From Actinomycetota bacterium (lineage in GTDB: Bacteria; Actinomycetota; Actinomycetes; Nanopelagicales; Nanopelagicaceae), in assembly GCA_947489605.1 (NCBI GenBank), contig CANLEG010000001.1:2071-66070 (forward strand): a stretch of 64,000 nucleotides of DNA. Direction: 5' to 3'. Below, in pieces: positions 50,933 to 62,964 of the stretch. Position 1 is the stretch's first letter. The number at the start of each line of letters is the position of its first letter. The notes beneath the pieces were generated by a model. That model had not been told where the DNA came from, made no database searches, and worked only from the letters and a program-made list of their open reading frames with translations. The position numbers and the translations under genes were made by a program.

Positions 50933-51017
50933 TTGGTGCCACATGTCCTACAACTCCTGTGGATTTGAGAATTGTAAATTGTGACCTACAACGCCTAAAC
51001 GCGTAGACTCCCTTGCC

Positions 51018-51377
51018 GTGAACCCATACGTACCGATCCTGGTAATTGGCGCAATCGGCTTTGGCTTTGGTGTTTTTTCAATTGTTGCGGCCGCACTTAC
51101 TGGTCCAAAACGTTACAACCGGGCAAAGGTAGAAGCGTATGAATGCGGAATTCAACCATCTCCACAAGCAGCAGGTGGCGGACGTTTTCCAGTTAAGTAT
51201 TTCTTAACTGCAATGTTATTTATTGTTTTTGATATTGAAATTGTTTTCTTGTATCCATGGGCAGTGACTTTCGATCAATTAGGTCTCTTTGGATTAGTTG
51301 AAATGGCAATTTTTATTGCAACAGTCTTTGTTGCTTATGCATATGTCTGGCGTCGCGGCGGATTGGAATGGGATTAA
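51018..51377 (+). CDS. nuoA: NADH-quinone oxidoreductase subunit A
   Basis: YECG, FIVFDIE, GGLEWD. Confidence 0.97.
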   Translation: MNPYVPILVIGAIGFGFGVFSIVAAALTGPKRYNRAKVEAYECGIQPSPQAAGGGRFPVKYFLTAMLFIVFDIEIVFLYPWAVTFDQLGLFGLVEMAIFIATVFVAYAYVWRRGGLEWD

Positions 51378-51381
51378 ATCC

Positions 51382-51936
51382 ATGGGTCTAGAAGAGAAGT
51401 TACCGGCTGGGTTTGCACTTACTTCTGTTGAAAAACTTGCCGGATATATGCGCAAGAACTCGCTTTGGCCTGCAACATTTGGCCTTGCATGTTGTGCGAT
51501 TGAAATGATGGCATTCGGTGGCGGACGTTATGACGCAGCGCGTTTTGGAATGGAAGTTTTTCGAGCATCTCCTCGTCAAGCAGATTTAATGATTGTTGCT
51601 GGTCGAGTTTCAAATAAAATGGCACCAGTTCTTCGCCAAATTTATGATCAAATGGCTGCACCTAAATGGGTAATTGCAATGGGCGCCTGCGCATCTTCAG
51701 GCGGAATGTTTAACAATTACGCAATTGTTCAAGGTGTTGATCACGTTGTTCCAGTAGATATCTACTTGCCAGGATGTCCACCACGTCCAGAAATGCTGAT
51801 GGATGCAATTCTAAAATTGCACGAACATATTGGCAGTGAAAAACTTGGCGTCAACCGTGAAAAAATTATTCAAGAAGTTGAAGCTGCCGCACTTGCCGCA
51901 AAACCAACGCACCAACTAAAAGGCTTGCTTACATGA
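51382..51936 (+). CDS. nuoB: NADH-quinone oxidoreductase subunit B
   Basis: [23 protein letters not shown]; ATG 51382. Confidence 0.97.
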   Translation: MGLEEKLPAGFALTSVEKLAGYMRKNSLWPATFGLACCAIEMMAFGGGRYDAARFGMEVFRASPRQADLMIVAGRVSNKMAPVLRQIYDQMAAPKWVIAMGACASSGGMFNNYAIVQGVDHVVPVDIYLPGCPPRPEMLMDAILKLHEHIGSEKLGVNREKIIQEVEAAALAAKPTHQLKGLLT

Positions 51937-52571
51937 GTGAAAATATCGGAATGTTTGGCGCCAGTGGATCTGGCGATACTTCAGGCTTCGGTGGTCTAGT
52001 TCGCAGCGCTGCAAACTTTGGTTCAAGCGAGCGGCCATACGGAAGTTATTTTGATGAAGTTACAGATGAATTAGAACGCGCATATCCAGAATTCAGTGAT
52101 GCAATTGAAAAAGTCATTGTTGATCGTGGCGAATTAACACTTCACGTTAAGCGCGAAAAACTATTTGAAACTGCTATGAAGTTACGTGATACCCAATCCT
52201 TACGTTTTGAGGTTTGTCTCGGCGTAAATGGCGTGCATTATCCAGAAGACAAGAGCCGTGAATTACATGCGGTCTATCCATTACTTTCAATGACACACAA
52301 TCGTCGAATTCGTTTAGAAGTTAGCGTTCCTGATTCTGATCCGCATCTTCCATCACTAGTTGAAGTTTGGGCTGGAAACAATTGGCACGAGCGGGAAACA
52401 TGGGACATGTTCGGAATTATTTTTGATGGCCATCCTGGTTTAACCAGAATTTTGATGCCAGATGATTGGCCAGGTCATCCACAACGTAAAGATTATCCAC
52501 TTGGTGGAATTCCAATTGAATATAAAGGTGCAACAGTTCCTGCACCATCTGAACGTAGGTCATACCGATGA
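51933..52571 (+). CDS. nuoC: NADH-quinone oxidoreductase subunit C
   Basis: [20 protein letters not shown]. Confidence 0.97.
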   Translation: MSENIGMFGASGSGDTSGFGGLVRSAANFGSSERPYGSYFDEVTDELERAYPEFSDAIEKVIVDRGELTLHVKREKLFETAMKLRDTQSLRFEVCLGVNGVHYPEDKSRELHAVYPLLSMTHNRRIRLEVSVPDSDPHLPSLVEVWAGNNWHERETWDMFGIIFDGHPGLTRILMPDDWPGHPQRKDYPLGGIPIEYKGATVPAPSERRSYR

Positions 52572-53905
52572 CAACACGCGATTCATACGCATCAGCAACC
52601 GACACAACCGAAGGTCGCGTTTATTCAGTAACAGGTGGCGATTGGGATTCACTCGTAACCGAAATCGGACAGACAAAAGAAGAGCGCGTTGTCGTAAACA
52701 TGGGACCACAACATCCATCTACACACGGAGTTCTTCGCTTAGTTCTCGAGCTTGAAGGCGAAACAATTACTGAAGCGCGTGCCGGAATTGGTTATCTTCA
52801 CACTGGTATTGAGAAGAACACCGAATATCGCACCTGGACTCAAGGCGTAACTTTTGTTACCCGCATGGATTATTTAGCACCAATATTTAATGAAACTGCA
52901 TATTGTCTAGGCGTAGAAAAACTTCTCGGAATTACAAATGACATTCCAGAACGCGCGAGTGAAATTCGCGTTCTAATGATGGAGTTGAACCGCATTTCAT
53001 CACACATGGTTGCACTTGGCACCGGAGCCCTTGAACTTGGCGCACTTTCACCAATGATCTTTGCCTTCCGCGAACGTGAGAAAGTATTAGATGTTTTTGA
53101 AATGGTCTCTGGCCTACGTATGAATATGGCTTATGTTCGTCCTGGTGGAGTTGCACAAGATCTTCCAAAAGGCGCAGTAGCAAAGATTCGAGAAACTGTT
53201 AATGAGTTGCGTCACAACTTTAAAGATAATGAGAAGTTATTAGTAGGAAATACCATCTGGATGCTGCGAACTAAGGGGATTGGTTACCTAGATCTTGCTG
53301 GTTGTACAACACTTGGAATTACCGGCCCAGTTCTTCGTTCTGCTGGAATGCCATGGGATCTTCGAAAGACTGATCCATATTGTGGCTATGAAAATTATGA
53401 GTTTGATGTTGTAACAACTGACACCTGTGATGTTTATGGTCGATTCCTGATTCGTATGCAAGAGCTTGAACAATCACTTCGAATTATTGAACAAGCTTGC
53501 GACAAGTTAGATAAATCTGAAGGTCAACCAGTAATGGTTGCCGATAAGAAAATTGCATGGCCATCACAACTTTCTGTTGGTAGCGATGGAATGGGTAACT
53601 CACTCGAACATATCCGTGAAATTATGGGAACGTCGATGGAATCACTTATTCATCACTTTAAATTAGTTACTGAAGGCTTCCGAGTTCCAGCTGGCCAGGT
53701 TTATGCAGCCGTTGAATCGCCACGTGGTGAGACTGGAGTTCACTTAGTTTCTGATGGTGGAACCCGACCATACCGAGTGCACTTCCGTGAACCATCTTTC
53801 AATAATCTTCAAGCAACTTCCGCAATGGCCGAGGGTGGAATGATCGCCGATGTTATTGGCGCAGTTGCATCAATCGATCCAGTTATGGGAGGGGTTGATC
53901 GCTAA
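52568..53905 (+). CDS. nuoD: NADH-quinone oxidoreductase subunit D
   Basis: [32 protein letters not shown]. Confidence 0.98.
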   Translation: MTTRDSYASATDTTEGRVYSVTGGDWDSLVTEIGQTKEERVVVNMGPQHPSTHGVLRLVLELEGETITEARAGIGYLHTGIEKNTEYRTWTQGVTFVTRMDYLAPIFNETAYCLGVEKLLGITNDIPERASEIRVLMMELNRISSHMVALGTGALELGALSPMIFAFREREKVLDVFEMVSGLRMNMAYVRPGGVAQDLPKGAVAKIRETVNELRHNFKDNEKLLVGNTIWMLRTKGIGYLDLAGCTTLGITGPVLRSAGMPWDLRKTDPYCGYENYEFDVVTTDTCDVYGRFLIRMQELEQSLRIIEQACDKLDKSEGQPVMVADKKIAWPSQLSVGSDGMGNSLEHIREIMGTSMESLIHHFKLVTEGFRVPAGQVYAAVESPRGETGVHLVSDGGTRPYRVHFREPSFNNLQATSAMAEGGMIADVIGAVASIDPVMGGVDR

Positions 53906-54531
53906 TGAATTTCACTCCTGATCAATTAAAAATAATGGATTCAATAATTGCTAGATATCCAAGATCTCGTTCTGCAGTAATGCCTCTGCTTCATTATGTC
54001 CAGGCCCTTGATGGTTATGTAACCCCACGCGGGATCGAAAAGATTGCAGAATTATTAGATATTTCAACAGCTGAAGTAACTGCGGTTTCATCGTTTTACA
54101 CCCAATACCGAACTGAACCTGCTGGCGAATATCACGTCGGTGTTTGTATAAATACCTTGTGTGCAGTTATGGGCGGCGATGCAATTTATGATTCACTAGA
54201 AACACATTTAGGAATTAAGAATCATGAAACAACAGCAGATGGCAAAGTCTCTATTGAAAGAATTGAATGTAATGCAGCGTGCGATTACGCACCTGTTGTT
54301 ATGGTGAATTGGGAATTTTATGACAACCAAACTCCACAGAGTGTAAAAGATTTAGTTGATAGCGCCCGTGCTGGAAATCCAACGCCGCCTACACGTGGCC
54401 CAAAAACTCTTCGCACCTGGAAACAGAATTCCGAAGTTCTTGCCGGTTTAAATGATGGCCTTGCTAACGAAGGTGTTTCTGCCGGCGAAGCAACGCTGCT
54501 CGGACTTAAAATTGCTAAAGGTGGAAAATAA
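53905..54531 (+). CDS. nuoE: NADH-quinone oxidoreductase subunit E
   Basis: CINTLC...ECNAAC 2Fe-2S motif. Confidence 0.96.
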   Translation: MNFTPDQLKIMDSIIARYPRSRSAVMPLLHYVQALDGYVTPRGIEKIAELLDISTAEVTAVSSFYTQYRTEPAGEYHVGVCINTLCAVMGGDAIYDSLETHLGIKNHETTADGKVSIERIECNAACDYAPVVMVNWEFYDNQTPQSVKDLVDSARAGNPTPPTRGPKTLRTWKQNSEVLAGLNDGLANEGVSAGEATLLGLKIAKGGK

Positions 54532-55833
54532 ATGAGCAAATTAACTCCAGTCCTTTCAGCGAATTGGGACGATAAAGATTCATTCACTATCGAAGGTTAC
54601 AAACGCGCTGGCGGATATCAAGCGGTAACAAAAGCTTTGGCTATGGAACCGGATGCAGTAATCACAATGATTAAAGATTCTGGATTACGTGGTCGCGGTG
54701 GCGCAGGTTTCCCAACTGGAAGTAAGTGGGGATTTATTCCACAAGGCGATAACAAAGAACATTATTTAGTTGTTAATGCCGATGAATCCGAACCAGGAAC
54801 TTGCAAAGATACGCCTCTGCTTCTTGCAAACCCTCATGTTTTGATTGAAGGAATAATTATTGGGTCATATGCGATCCGAGCAAATCATGCATTTATTTAT
54901 CTCCGTGGCGAAATAGTCCATGTTTATCGTCGTGTGCAACAGGCAATTGAAGATGCCTATAAAGCGGGGTTGCTTGGAAAAAATATTGGCGGAAAAGGTT
55001 TTGATTTAGAACTTACCTTGCACGCTGGCGCCGGTGCCTATATTTGTGGCGAAGAAACTGCGCTACTTGATTCACTTGAAGGTTTCCGTGGCCAACCAAG
55101 GCTACGTCCACCATTCCCAGCTATCGCAGGTTTATATGCAAAACCAACAGTTGTTAACAATGTGGAATCAATCGCATCAGTTCCAGCAATCATTAAAAAT
55201 GGCGTCGAATGGTTTCAAACAATGGGAACCGAGAAGAGCAAAGGCTTTACGCTCTACTCACTTTCTGGACATGTAAATAATCCAGGCCAGTTTGAAGCAC
55301 CACTCGGAATAACACTTCGCGAAATATTAGAACTTGCCGGTGGGGTTCGCACAGGCCACAAACTTAAGTTCTGGACTCCTGGCGGTTCATCAACTCCAAT
55401 GTTTACCGACGAACATTTAGATATTCCGCTTGATTACGAAGGTGTTTCTGCTGCTGGTTCAATGCTTGGAACAAAGGCGCTTCAGATTTTTGATGAAACA
55501 ACTTGTGTAGTTCGAGCAACACTTCGATGGTGCGAATTTTATAAGCACGAATCATGTGGCAAGTGCACACCTTGTCGCGAAGGAACTTGGTGGTTGGTTC
55601 AAATGCTTCAAGATCTTGAAGATGGCAAGGGAACTGAAGCTGACTTAACAAAACTTCTTGATCTCTGTGACAACATTGCTGGTCGTTCATTCTGCGCACT
55701 TGCAGATGGCGCCGTCGCTCCAATCATCTCGTCACTTAAGTATTTCCGTGACGAATATCTTGAACATCAACGCAATGGTGGTTGCCCATTTGATCCAGTC
55801 GCTTCAACGTTATTCAAGACTGTTGGTGCATAA
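54532..55833 (+). CDS. nuoF: NADH-quinone oxidoreductase subunit F
   Basis: GRGGAGFP, YICGEETAL, ESCGKCTPCREG. Confidence 0.98.
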   Translation: MSKLTPVLSANWDDKDSFTIEGYKRAGGYQAVTKALAMEPDAVITMIKDSGLRGRGGAGFPTGSKWGFIPQGDNKEHYLVVNADESEPGTCKDTPLLLANPHVLIEGIIIGSYAIRANHAFIYLRGEIVHVYRRVQQAIEDAYKAGLLGKNIGGKGFDLELTLHAGAGAYICGEETALLDSLEGFRGQPRLRPPFPAIAGLYAKPTVVNNVESIASVPAIIKNGVEWFQTMGTEKSKGFTLYSLSGHVNNPGQFEAPLGITLREILELAGGVRTGHKLKFWTPGGSSTPMFTDEHLDIPLDYEGVSAAGSMLGTKALQIFDETTCVVRATLRWCEFYKHESCGKCTPCREGTWWLVQMLQDLEDGKGTEADLTKLLDLCDNIAGRSFCALADGAVAPIISSLKYFRDEYLEHQRNGGCPFDPVASTLFKTVGA

Positions 55834-58173
55834 ATGACACCTGAACAAGCACTGCTTGAAACTCAAGCAGCAGTTGAAATGATTACTGTTGTAATTGATG
55901 GTTTTGAAGTAACTGTTCCAAAGGGAACTCTTGTTATTCGCGCCGCAGAAAAATTAGGAATTCAGATTCCACGCTTTTGCGATCACCCGTTGTTAGAACC
56001 AGCAGGTGCTTGTCGTCAGTGCTTAGTTGATATTGAAATTAATGGCAGAGCATTTCCAAAGCCACAAGCTTCATGCACAATTCCAGTTGAAAACAATATG
56101 ATTGTTAAGACCCAACTAACTTCACCAGTTGCCGAAAAAGCGCAAGCCGGAATTATGGAATTTCTTCTTATTAACCATCCTCTTGATTGCCCAGTCTGCG
56201 ATAAAGGCGGCGAGTGCCCACTTCAAAATCAAGCTATGAGCGCTGGTCGACCAGAATCGCGCTTCGAAGGCGTAAAGCGAACATTTGAAAAACCAGTTTC
56301 AATTTCATCCCAAGTTTTACTTGATCGCGAACGTTGCGTGCTCTGTGCTCGTTGCACGCGCTTCTCTGAACAAATTGCTGGCGATCCCTTCATTACTTTG
56401 ATTGAACGTGGTGCGTTACAACAAGTTGGTATTTACGAAGAAGATCCATTTGAGTCTTATTACTCCGGAAACACTGTTCAAATCTGCCCAGTTGGTGCCC
56501 TGACCGGCGCCTCATATCGGTTCCGTGCACGCCCATTCGATTTAGTTTCAGTTGATTCTGCCTGCGAACACTGCGCATCAGGTTGTGCAATGCGTACCGA
56601 TATTCGTCGCGGAAAAACTTTACGTCGCCTTGCCGGCGATGATTCTTCAGTTAACGAAGAGTGGAACTGCGACAAAGGACGTTGGGCATTTAAATATTTA
56701 ACAAGTAGAGAACGTGTGGCTTCGCCAATGATTCGCGGCGAAGATGGCGAACTACATGAAGCATCTTGGCCAGAAGCAATTGCATTTGCTGCAGCGGGTT
56801 TGAAAGGTAAGCGCGCTGGAGTATTAGTTGGTGGCCGGGCAACAGTTGAAGATGCTTATGGCTACAGCAAGTTTGCTCGCGTAGCACTTGGAACCAATGA
56901 TATTGATTTCCGCTCCCGCCCACATTCTGATGAAGAGAGTTCATTCTTAAGCAGCGTTGTCCTTGGGCTAAAGACAACATACAAAGATATTGATAAGGCA
57001 GATCAAGTTGTTCTACTTGGTTTTGAGCCAGAAGAAGAATCACCAATAGTTTTTCTGCGCATCTATAAGCAATTGCGAAAGCGTGCTCTTGCAGTTATAA
57101 GTGACGCTCCTGTTGCAAGTCGCGGCTCTGTTAAGTTAAAGGCGCAACTTGTCTCTGATATTTCATCGATTTCAGGGTTAACTTCAAAGAGCGTTATTTT
57201 GGTTGGCGAACGGCTAGGCGAAAAAGTCGGCGCACTTTCAGCAGCAGTAGATTTGGCTGAAAAATCTGGTGCCAAGTTAGCTTGGATTCCACGCCGTGCT
57301 GGCGAACGAGGTGCAATTGCATCAGGTGCTATCGCAACACTTCTTCCTGGTGGTCGACCAGTTTCGCAAGCAAGTGCACGAGTAGATGTTGCAGCTGCTT
57401 GGGCAGTTGATTCGCTTCCAGCCAACCCAGGTCGTTCAACTTCTGAAATTTTACATGCATTGATAGTTAATAATCTTGATGCAGTTGTAATCGGTGGCGT
57501 TGATCCACTAGATATTTCTAATACTGCACTCTCTCAATTATTGAATTCGTTTGTAGTTTCACTTGAAATCACCCATAGCGCAGTGACTGCTGTCGCAGAT
57601 GTTGTTCTACCTGTTGCAGCGGTTATCGAAAAAAGTGGATCGTTCCAAGATTGGCAAGGAAGCGCAAGGACCTTTGAAAAAGCAATCGCTGATTCACTTT
57701 CAAGAAGTGATGTTCGAATCCTTTCAATGATTGCAGATGAAATGGGAACACCTATTAACTTGCCGACGGTTGCAGCAACCGCACGCGAAATAGCAGCGCT
57801 TGGAAACTGGGACGGTGCGGCAATTTCATTCGAAAAGACTTCCACCGTTAAAACTCTTGCTACTGAAGAAAAAATGAACTTAACTTCTTGGAGATTGTTA
57901 CTGGATCTAGGAACCCTGCAAGATGGCGAAACGAACTTGGCTGGAACTGCTCGCAAAGCAACCGCTCGTATTTCGAAGACAAAAGCCGAAAAGCTTGGTG
58001 TTAATGAGGGCGAACTAATTTCAATTTCATCAGATTTAGGTTCACTTAAACTTCCGGTTGAAATCAGCGAAATGTCTGACAACGAAATTTGGGTGCCACG
58101 TAATTCAATTGATTCCCAAGTAATTGCGAATCTGGGATTTGTAAATGGCCAAGTTACGGTGGTGAAGGCATGA
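55834..58173 (+). CDS. nuoG: NADH-quinone oxidoreductase subunit G
   Basis: IPRFC, ACRQC, HPLDCPVCDKGGEC, CVLCARC, CEHCASGC. Confidence 0.97.
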   Translation: MTPEQALLETQAAVEMITVVIDGFEVTVPKGTLVIRAAEKLGIQIPRFCDHPLLEPAGACRQCLVDIEINGRAFPKPQASCTIPVENNMIVKTQLTSPVAEKAQAGIMEFLLINHPLDCPVCDKGGECPLQNQAMSAGRPESRFEGVKRTFEKPVSISSQVLLDRERCVLCARCTRFSEQIAGDPFITLIERGALQQVGIYEEDPFESYYSGNTVQICPVGALTGASYRFRARPFDLVSVDSACEHCASGCAMRTDIRRGKTLRRLAGDDSSVNEEWNCDKGRWAFKYLTSRERVASPMIRGEDGELHEASWPEAIAFAAAGLKGKRAGVLVGGRATVEDAYGYSKFARVALGTNDIDFRSRPHSDEESSFLSSVVLGLKTTYKDIDKADQVVLLGFEPEEESPIVFLRIYKQLRKRALAVISDAPVASRGSVKLKAQLVSDISSISGLTSKSVILVGERLGEKVGALSAAVDLAEKSGAKLAWIPRRAGERGAIASGAIATLLPGGRPVSQASARVDVAAAWAVDSLPANPGRSTSEILHALIVNNLDAVVIGGVDPLDISNTALSQLLNSFVVSLEITHSAVTAVADVVLPVAAVIEKSGSFQDWQGSARTFEKAIADSLSRSDVRILSMIADEMGTPINLPTVAATAREIAALGNWDGAAISFEKTSTVKTLATEEKMNLTSWRLLLDLGTLQDGETNLAGTARKATARISKTKAEKLGVNEGELISISSDLGSLKLPVEISEMSDNEIWVPRNSIDSQVIANLGFVNGQVTVVKA

Positions 58174-59405
58174 CTAATGCAGAAATAATCGCAACTGATC
58201 CCGGCTGGATAATTCTTGTCAAAGGTCTACTCATCTTTGTTGTCTGCGTTCTTGCAACTCTTATGTCAGTTTGGGGCGAGCGTCGATTAGTTGCGCGCAT
58301 GCAACAACGACTTGGGCCCAACCGAGTTGGTCCGTTTGGTTTAGTCCAAGCACTTGCAGATGGTGTGAAACTTGCGCTTAAAGAAGATTTAATCCCAAAA
58401 GCAGCAGATCGCATTGTCTTTGTTATCGCTCCAATTATTAGCGCTACAACTTGTTTCATGTCATTTGCAGTTATTCCGCTCTCTGGAAAAGTAAATCTAT
58501 TCGGCCATGAAACCGTTATGCAACTAACTGATATTCCAGTTGGTGTTCTTTATGTACTTGCAATTGCTTCAGTTGGTGTTTATGGAATTGTTCTTGCTGG
58601 TTGGTCATCAGGATCGACTTATCCATTACTAGGTGGCCTTCGTTCAAGTGCCCAAGTAATTTCTTATGAAGTTGCAATGGGACTTTCGCTGGTTGCGGTC
58701 TTTATTTATTCAGGCTCAATGTCGACCGGTGAAATTGTTGCAGCTCAAAATCAATGGTGGTTCTGTGTAACGCTATTCCCATCATTTGTTATTTATGCAA
58801 TTTCAATGGTTGGTGAAACCAACCGCGCGCCATTCGATTTGGCTGAAGCCGAAGGTGAACTTGTTGGTGGATTCCATACTGAATACTCATCGCTTAAATT
58901 TGCGCTCTTCTTCTTAGCTGAATATGTAAATATTGTTGCGGTATCTGCACTTGCAACAACACTATTCCTGGGCGGATATCACGCACTTCCTGGCCTTGGC
59001 TTCACTGAAAGCTGGCTTGGTGGTTGGTTCACAGTTATTTGGTTCTTGGCAAAAGTTGTTTTCTTTTTCTTTATCTTTGTCTGGTTACGTGGAACGCTTC
59101 CAAGATTGCGCTACGACCAATTCATGAAATTTGGTTGGAAAGTTTTGATTCCATTCTCTTTACTTTGGATCTTGATTGTTGCAACTCTGCGCGTCCTTTC
59201 ACAGCAAGGCGCCCCAAGAGCAGTTGTTCTTGGATTTAGCTTCGGAGTTGTCCTTCTTGTTCTTGCTGGTTCAAGTCTCTTCGAGTCAGCTAAAAAACGT
59301 CGTGAACGTGAAGACGCAATCGGAGAAGTATCTGCCCCAAGTTTTCCAGTTCCTGCAATTCCAGGAAAAATTACTAGGAATAGAACGGAGCAACTAAATG
59401 GATAA
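58170..59405 (+). CDS. nuoH: NADH-quinone oxidoreductase subunit H
   Basis: [29 protein letters not shown]. Confidence 0.97.
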   Translation: MTNAEIIATDPGWIILVKGLLIFVVCVLATLMSVWGERRLVARMQQRLGPNRVGPFGLVQALADGVKLALKEDLIPKAADRIVFVIAPIISATTCFMSFAVIPLSGKVNLFGHETVMQLTDIPVGVLYVLAIASVGVYGIVLAGWSSGSTYPLLGGLRSSAQVISYEVAMGLSLVAVFIYSGSMSTGEIVAAQNQWWFCVTLFPSFVIYAISMVGETNRAPFDLAEAEGELVGGFHTEYSSLKFALFFLAEYVNIVAVSALATTLFLGGYHALPGLGFTESWLGGWFTVIWFLAKVVFFFFIFVWLRGTLPRLRYDQFMKFGWKVLIPFSLLWILIVATLRVLSQQGAPRAVVLGFSFGVVLLVLAGSSLFESAKKRREREDAIGEVSAPSFPVPAIPGKITRNRTEQLNG

Positions 59406-60000
59406 CTCATTAACTCCGCGCTCAAATGATCTCGGTTTAACGGCTGCAGCGAAGGCTAATGCACCAATTGAAAGTCAAGAAGCAAAGAGCTTTGCCAAGC
59501 AGCTTCAAGGTTTTTGGGTAACTTTTATAACAATGTTTAAGAAAGTTAATACCGTTGAATATCCTGAGGTTAAGGAGCCAACTGCAGAACGTTTTCATGG
59601 GCGCCACCAATTAAATCGCTATGACGACGGCCTAGAAAAATGTATTGGTTGCGAACTCTGTGCTTGGGCTTGTCCAGCAGATGCGATTCTTGTTGAAGGC
59701 GAATCAAATACTGAAGAAGAAAGATTTTCGCCAGGCGAACGTTACGGCAAGGTTTATCAAATTAATTATTTGCGTTGTGTTTTCTGCGGTCTATGTATTG
59801 AAGCCTGCCCAACTCGTGCGCTAACTATGACTAATGGATATGAATTAGCTGATGAATCACGTGCCAAGTTAATCTTCGAGAAAGAAGATTTAATGGCGCC
59901 ATTAAAGGCAGGGATGTTGCAACCACCTCATCCAATGGCTCCAGGAAAAACTCACATTGATTATTACCGTGGCGATATAAAGGGCGGGTCCAATGGATAG
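59398..60000 (+). CDS. nuoI: NADH-quinone oxidoreductase subunit I
   Basis: [12 protein letters not shown] and [12 protein letters not shown]. Confidence 0.97.
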   Translation: MDNSLTPRSNDLGLTAAAKANAPIESQEAKSFAKQLQGFWVTFITMFKKVNTVEYPEVKEPTAERFHGRHQLNRYDDGLEKCIGCELCAWACPADAILVEGESNTEEERFSPGERYGKVYQINYLRCVFCGLCIEACPTRALTMTNGYELADESRAKLIFEKEDLMAPLKAGMLQPPHPMAPGKTHIDYYRGDIKGGSNG

Positions 60001-60775
60001 CCTGGCTCTTGAAGTCGGCAGAACACTTGCCCCAGAAGCTATTATGTTCTGGATTCTTGCGCCCCTTGCAGTTGTGTCAGCGCTCGGAATGCTCTTTGTA
60101 AAGAAAGCTGTTCATTCCGCACTTCTATTGGCTTGGGTAATGATTACCTTGGCAATTTTCTATATTGCACAAGGTGCACTATTCCTTGGGATTGTTCAGA
60201 TTATTGTTTACACCGGCGCAGTAATGATGCTGTTCCTATTTATTCTGATGTTAGTTGGTGTGGATTCTTCGGATTCGCTAGTCGAAAACATTCGTGGCCA
60301 ACGACCAGCGTCAATCACAGCAGCAATTGGGTTAGGTGGCTTACTGGTTTCGTTGATTGCTCGATCAAATCTTGGAGTTGAAGCTATCGGATTGCAAGAT
60401 GCAAACTCCAATGGCAATGTTCAAGGTATTGCAAGCGAGTTGTTTACGAAATATGTCTGGGCTTTTGAAGTTGTTTCCGCACTTTTAATTACTGCAGCAC
60501 TTGGTGCAATGGTTCTCGCACACAGCACCTCTACTAAATCCCGCACTGCACAACGCGATCAATCGATTGCAAGATTCCGTGGCGCATCTCTTGCAACAGC
60601 TGCTGGCCTTCCAGGTTCAGGTGTTTATGCCCTTCATAACGCGGTTGATGTTCCAGCGCTATTGCCTGATGGAACCCCAGCACCGTTATCGGTTTCAGCA
60701 ACCCTTGATGCAAGAGGCGACATGTTGTCTTCAAAACCATTTGAACTAGAAGTTAAAGAAGTGGAGGAAGATTAA
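59993..60775 (+). CDS. nuoJ: NADH-quinone oxidoreductase subunit J
   Basis: [29 protein letters not shown]. Confidence 0.96.
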   Translation: MDSLALEVGRTLAPEAIMFWILAPLAVVSALGMLFVKKAVHSALLLAWVMITLAIFYIAQGALFLGIVQIIVYTGAVMMLFLFILMLVGVDSSDSLVENIRGQRPASITAAIGLGGLLVSLIARSNLGVEAIGLQDANSNGNVQGIASELFTKYVWAFEVVSALLITAALGAMVLAHSTSTKSRTAQRDQSIARFRGASLATAAGLPGSGVYALHNAVDVPALLPDGTPAPLSVSATLDARGDMLSSKPFELEVKEVEED

Positions 60776-61075
60776 ATGGATATTGCAAACTATATTTATT
60801 TATCTGCCCTGCTATTTACTATCGGCGCAATTGGCGTAGTTGTTCGTAGAAATGCCATCGTTGTTTTTATGTGTGTTGAATTAATGTTAAATGCCGCGAA
60901 TCTAGCTTTTGTAACGTTCTCAAGAGTGCATGGAAATCTTTCTGGACAAGTAGCATCCTTCTTTACGATGGTTGTTGCAGCTTGTGAAGTTGTAGTTGGC
61001 CTTGCGATTATCGTTACGATTTATCGCTCCCGTCGATCAGCATCTGTTGATGATGCTAGTTTGTTGAAGCGCTAA
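60776..61075 (+). CDS. nuoK: NADH-quinone oxidoreductase subunit K
   Basis: [22 protein letters not shown]. Confidence 0.97.
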   Translation: MDIANYIYLSALLFTIGAIGVVVRRNAIVVFMCVELMLNAANLAFVTFSRVHGNLSGQVASFFTMVVAACEVVVGLAIIVTIYRSRRSASVDDASLLKR

Positions 61076-62964
61076 TGACTACGAGCACAAGTTTGGTTTA
61101 CTTAATCGCACTTCCACTATTTAGCGCTGGCCTGTTGCTGCTCTTAGGTCGTATCGCTGATAAATGGGGCCACATCTTTGCTACTTTAGTTTCAGCTTCA
61201 GTATTTGTAATTGGCGTCATGGAATTCTTTGCAATGCAGGGGCGCGAAGGCGAAGCCCGTGCTGCTACTCAAAAAGTATTTGAATGGATTTCAGTTGGAA
61301 CATTTCAGGTCGATGCCTCGCTACTTCTAGATCAGCTTTCAATCTGTTTTGTTCTACTTATTTCTGGCGTTGGAACCCTCATTCATATCTATTCAATTGC
61401 TTATATGTCCCATGATCGCGATCGCCGTCGATTCTTTGCCTACCTAAATCTATTTATCGCCGCGATGCTTCTTCTTGTTTTGGGAGATTCGTATCTCAAT
61501 CTCTATGTTGGCTGGGAAGGCGTAGGTCTTGCTTCCTACCTATTAATTGGTTTCTGGAATCAAAAGCCTGCTTACGCAACTGCTGCAAAGAAAGCGTTTG
61601 TTGCTAACCGTGTTGGCGACGTCGGTCTTTCACTTGCAATCATGATCGCATTCACACAATTCGGAACTGTAACTTTTGCTGGCGTTAAAGAGGGTGCATC
61701 GGGTGCATCAGCCGGCGCACTAACTGCAATCGGCGCAATGCTTCTGCTAGCAGCAGCAGGAAAGTCTGCACAATTCCCATTGCAATCATGGCTTGGCGAT
61801 GCAATGGCCGGACCTACTCCAGTTTCAGCACTTATCCATGCCGCGACAATGGTTACCGCAGGCGTGTATCTAATTACTCGTTCTAACTTTATATTTGATG
61901 CTTCACCGACTGCGCAGCTAATGGTTGTAATAGTTGGAGCAATAACACTGCTGTTTGGTGCACTAATCGGTACTGCAAAAGACGATATTAAGAAAGCTCT
62001 TGCAGCTTCAACAATGTCGCAAATCGGTTACATGATTCTTGCTACCGGACTTGGTCCAGTTGGATATGCATTTGCAATCATGCACTTAATAACTCACGGC
62101 TTCTTTAAAGCCGGAATGTTCCTTGGTGCGGGTTCGGTAATGCATGGCATGAATGATGAAGTAAACATGCGACGTTATGGTGCTATCAGAAAAGTTATGC
62201 CAATTACCGCTGCAACTTTCGGACTCGGTTACTTAGCAATTCTTGGAGTTCCACCATTCGCTGGTTTCTACTCAAAAGATAAAATCATTGAAACTGCATT
62301 TTATGCTGGGGGAGTTGAGGGAATTCTTCTAGGTGGTGCCACGCTTCTCGGTGCTGGAATTACCGCTTTCTATATGACTCGCGTAATGGTTTTAACTTTC
62401 GCTGGAACAAAGCGCTGGGATGAGAATGCACATCCACATGAATCACCATTCTTAATGTGGGCACCAATGGCAGTTTTGGCCGTCGGATCGGTTGCGTCAG
62501 GATTCCTACTTAACTCGGGTAACGCACTCGTTAATTGGTTAGAACCAGTTGTAAACGAGAGTCATGAACATCATTCGGAACACTTTTTACCTCCTCTAGC
62601 AATTTCAGCTATGGCACTTGTCGTGGTTGCAATTGGAGTTGCCTTTGCAATTCTGAAGTATCGAACCGTTCCTGTTGTTGCACCTGAAAATGTAACTGGC
62701 TTTACAAAAGCTGCCCGGAAAGATCTTTATCAAGATTCATTTAACGAAGCAGTGTTTATGCGTCCTGGCCAGAAGTTAACTGCAGGCCTGGTAAAGACTG
62801 ATTACAAAGTTATTGATGGCTTAGTTCGAGTAGTCGGTTGGGTCATTCAAATTTCAGCTTCATCAATTCGAAATATTCAAAGTGGATATGTCAGAAGCTA
62901 TGCCTTAATTATGGTTCTTGGAGTTCTCGCTTTAGTTGCAGCAGTTTGGATGGTGACGTTATGA
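61075..62964 (+). CDS. nuoL: NADH-quinone oxidoreductase subunit L
   Basis: [37 protein letters not shown]. Confidence 0.98.
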   Translation: MTTSTSLVYLIALPLFSAGLLLLLGRIADKWGHIFATLVSASVFVIGVMEFFAMQGREGEARAATQKVFEWISVGTFQVDASLLLDQLSICFVLLISGVGTLIHIYSIAYMSHDRDRRRFFAYLNLFIAAMLLLVLGDSYLNLYVGWEGVGLASYLLIGFWNQKPAYATAAKKAFVANRVGDVGLSLAIMIAFTQFGTVTFAGVKEGASGASAGALTAIGAMLLLAAAGKSAQFPLQSWLGDAMAGPTPVSALIHAATMVTAGVYLITRSNFIFDASPTAQLMVVIVGAITLLFGALIGTAKDDIKKALAASTMSQIGYMILATGLGPVGYAFAIMHLITHGFFKAGMFLGAGSVMHGMNDEVNMRRYGAIRKVMPITAATFGLGYLAILGVPPFAGFYSKDKIIETAFYAGGVEGILLGGATLLGAGITAFYMTRVMVLTFAGTKRWDENAHPHESPFLMWAPMAVLAVGSVASGFLLNSGNALVNWLEPVVNESHEHHSEHFLPPLAISAMALVVVAIGVAFAILKYRTVPVVAPENVTGFTKAARKDLYQDSFNEAVFMRPGQKLTAGLVKTDYKVIDGLVRVVGWVIQISASSIRNIQSGYVRSYALIMVLGVLALVAAVWMVTL

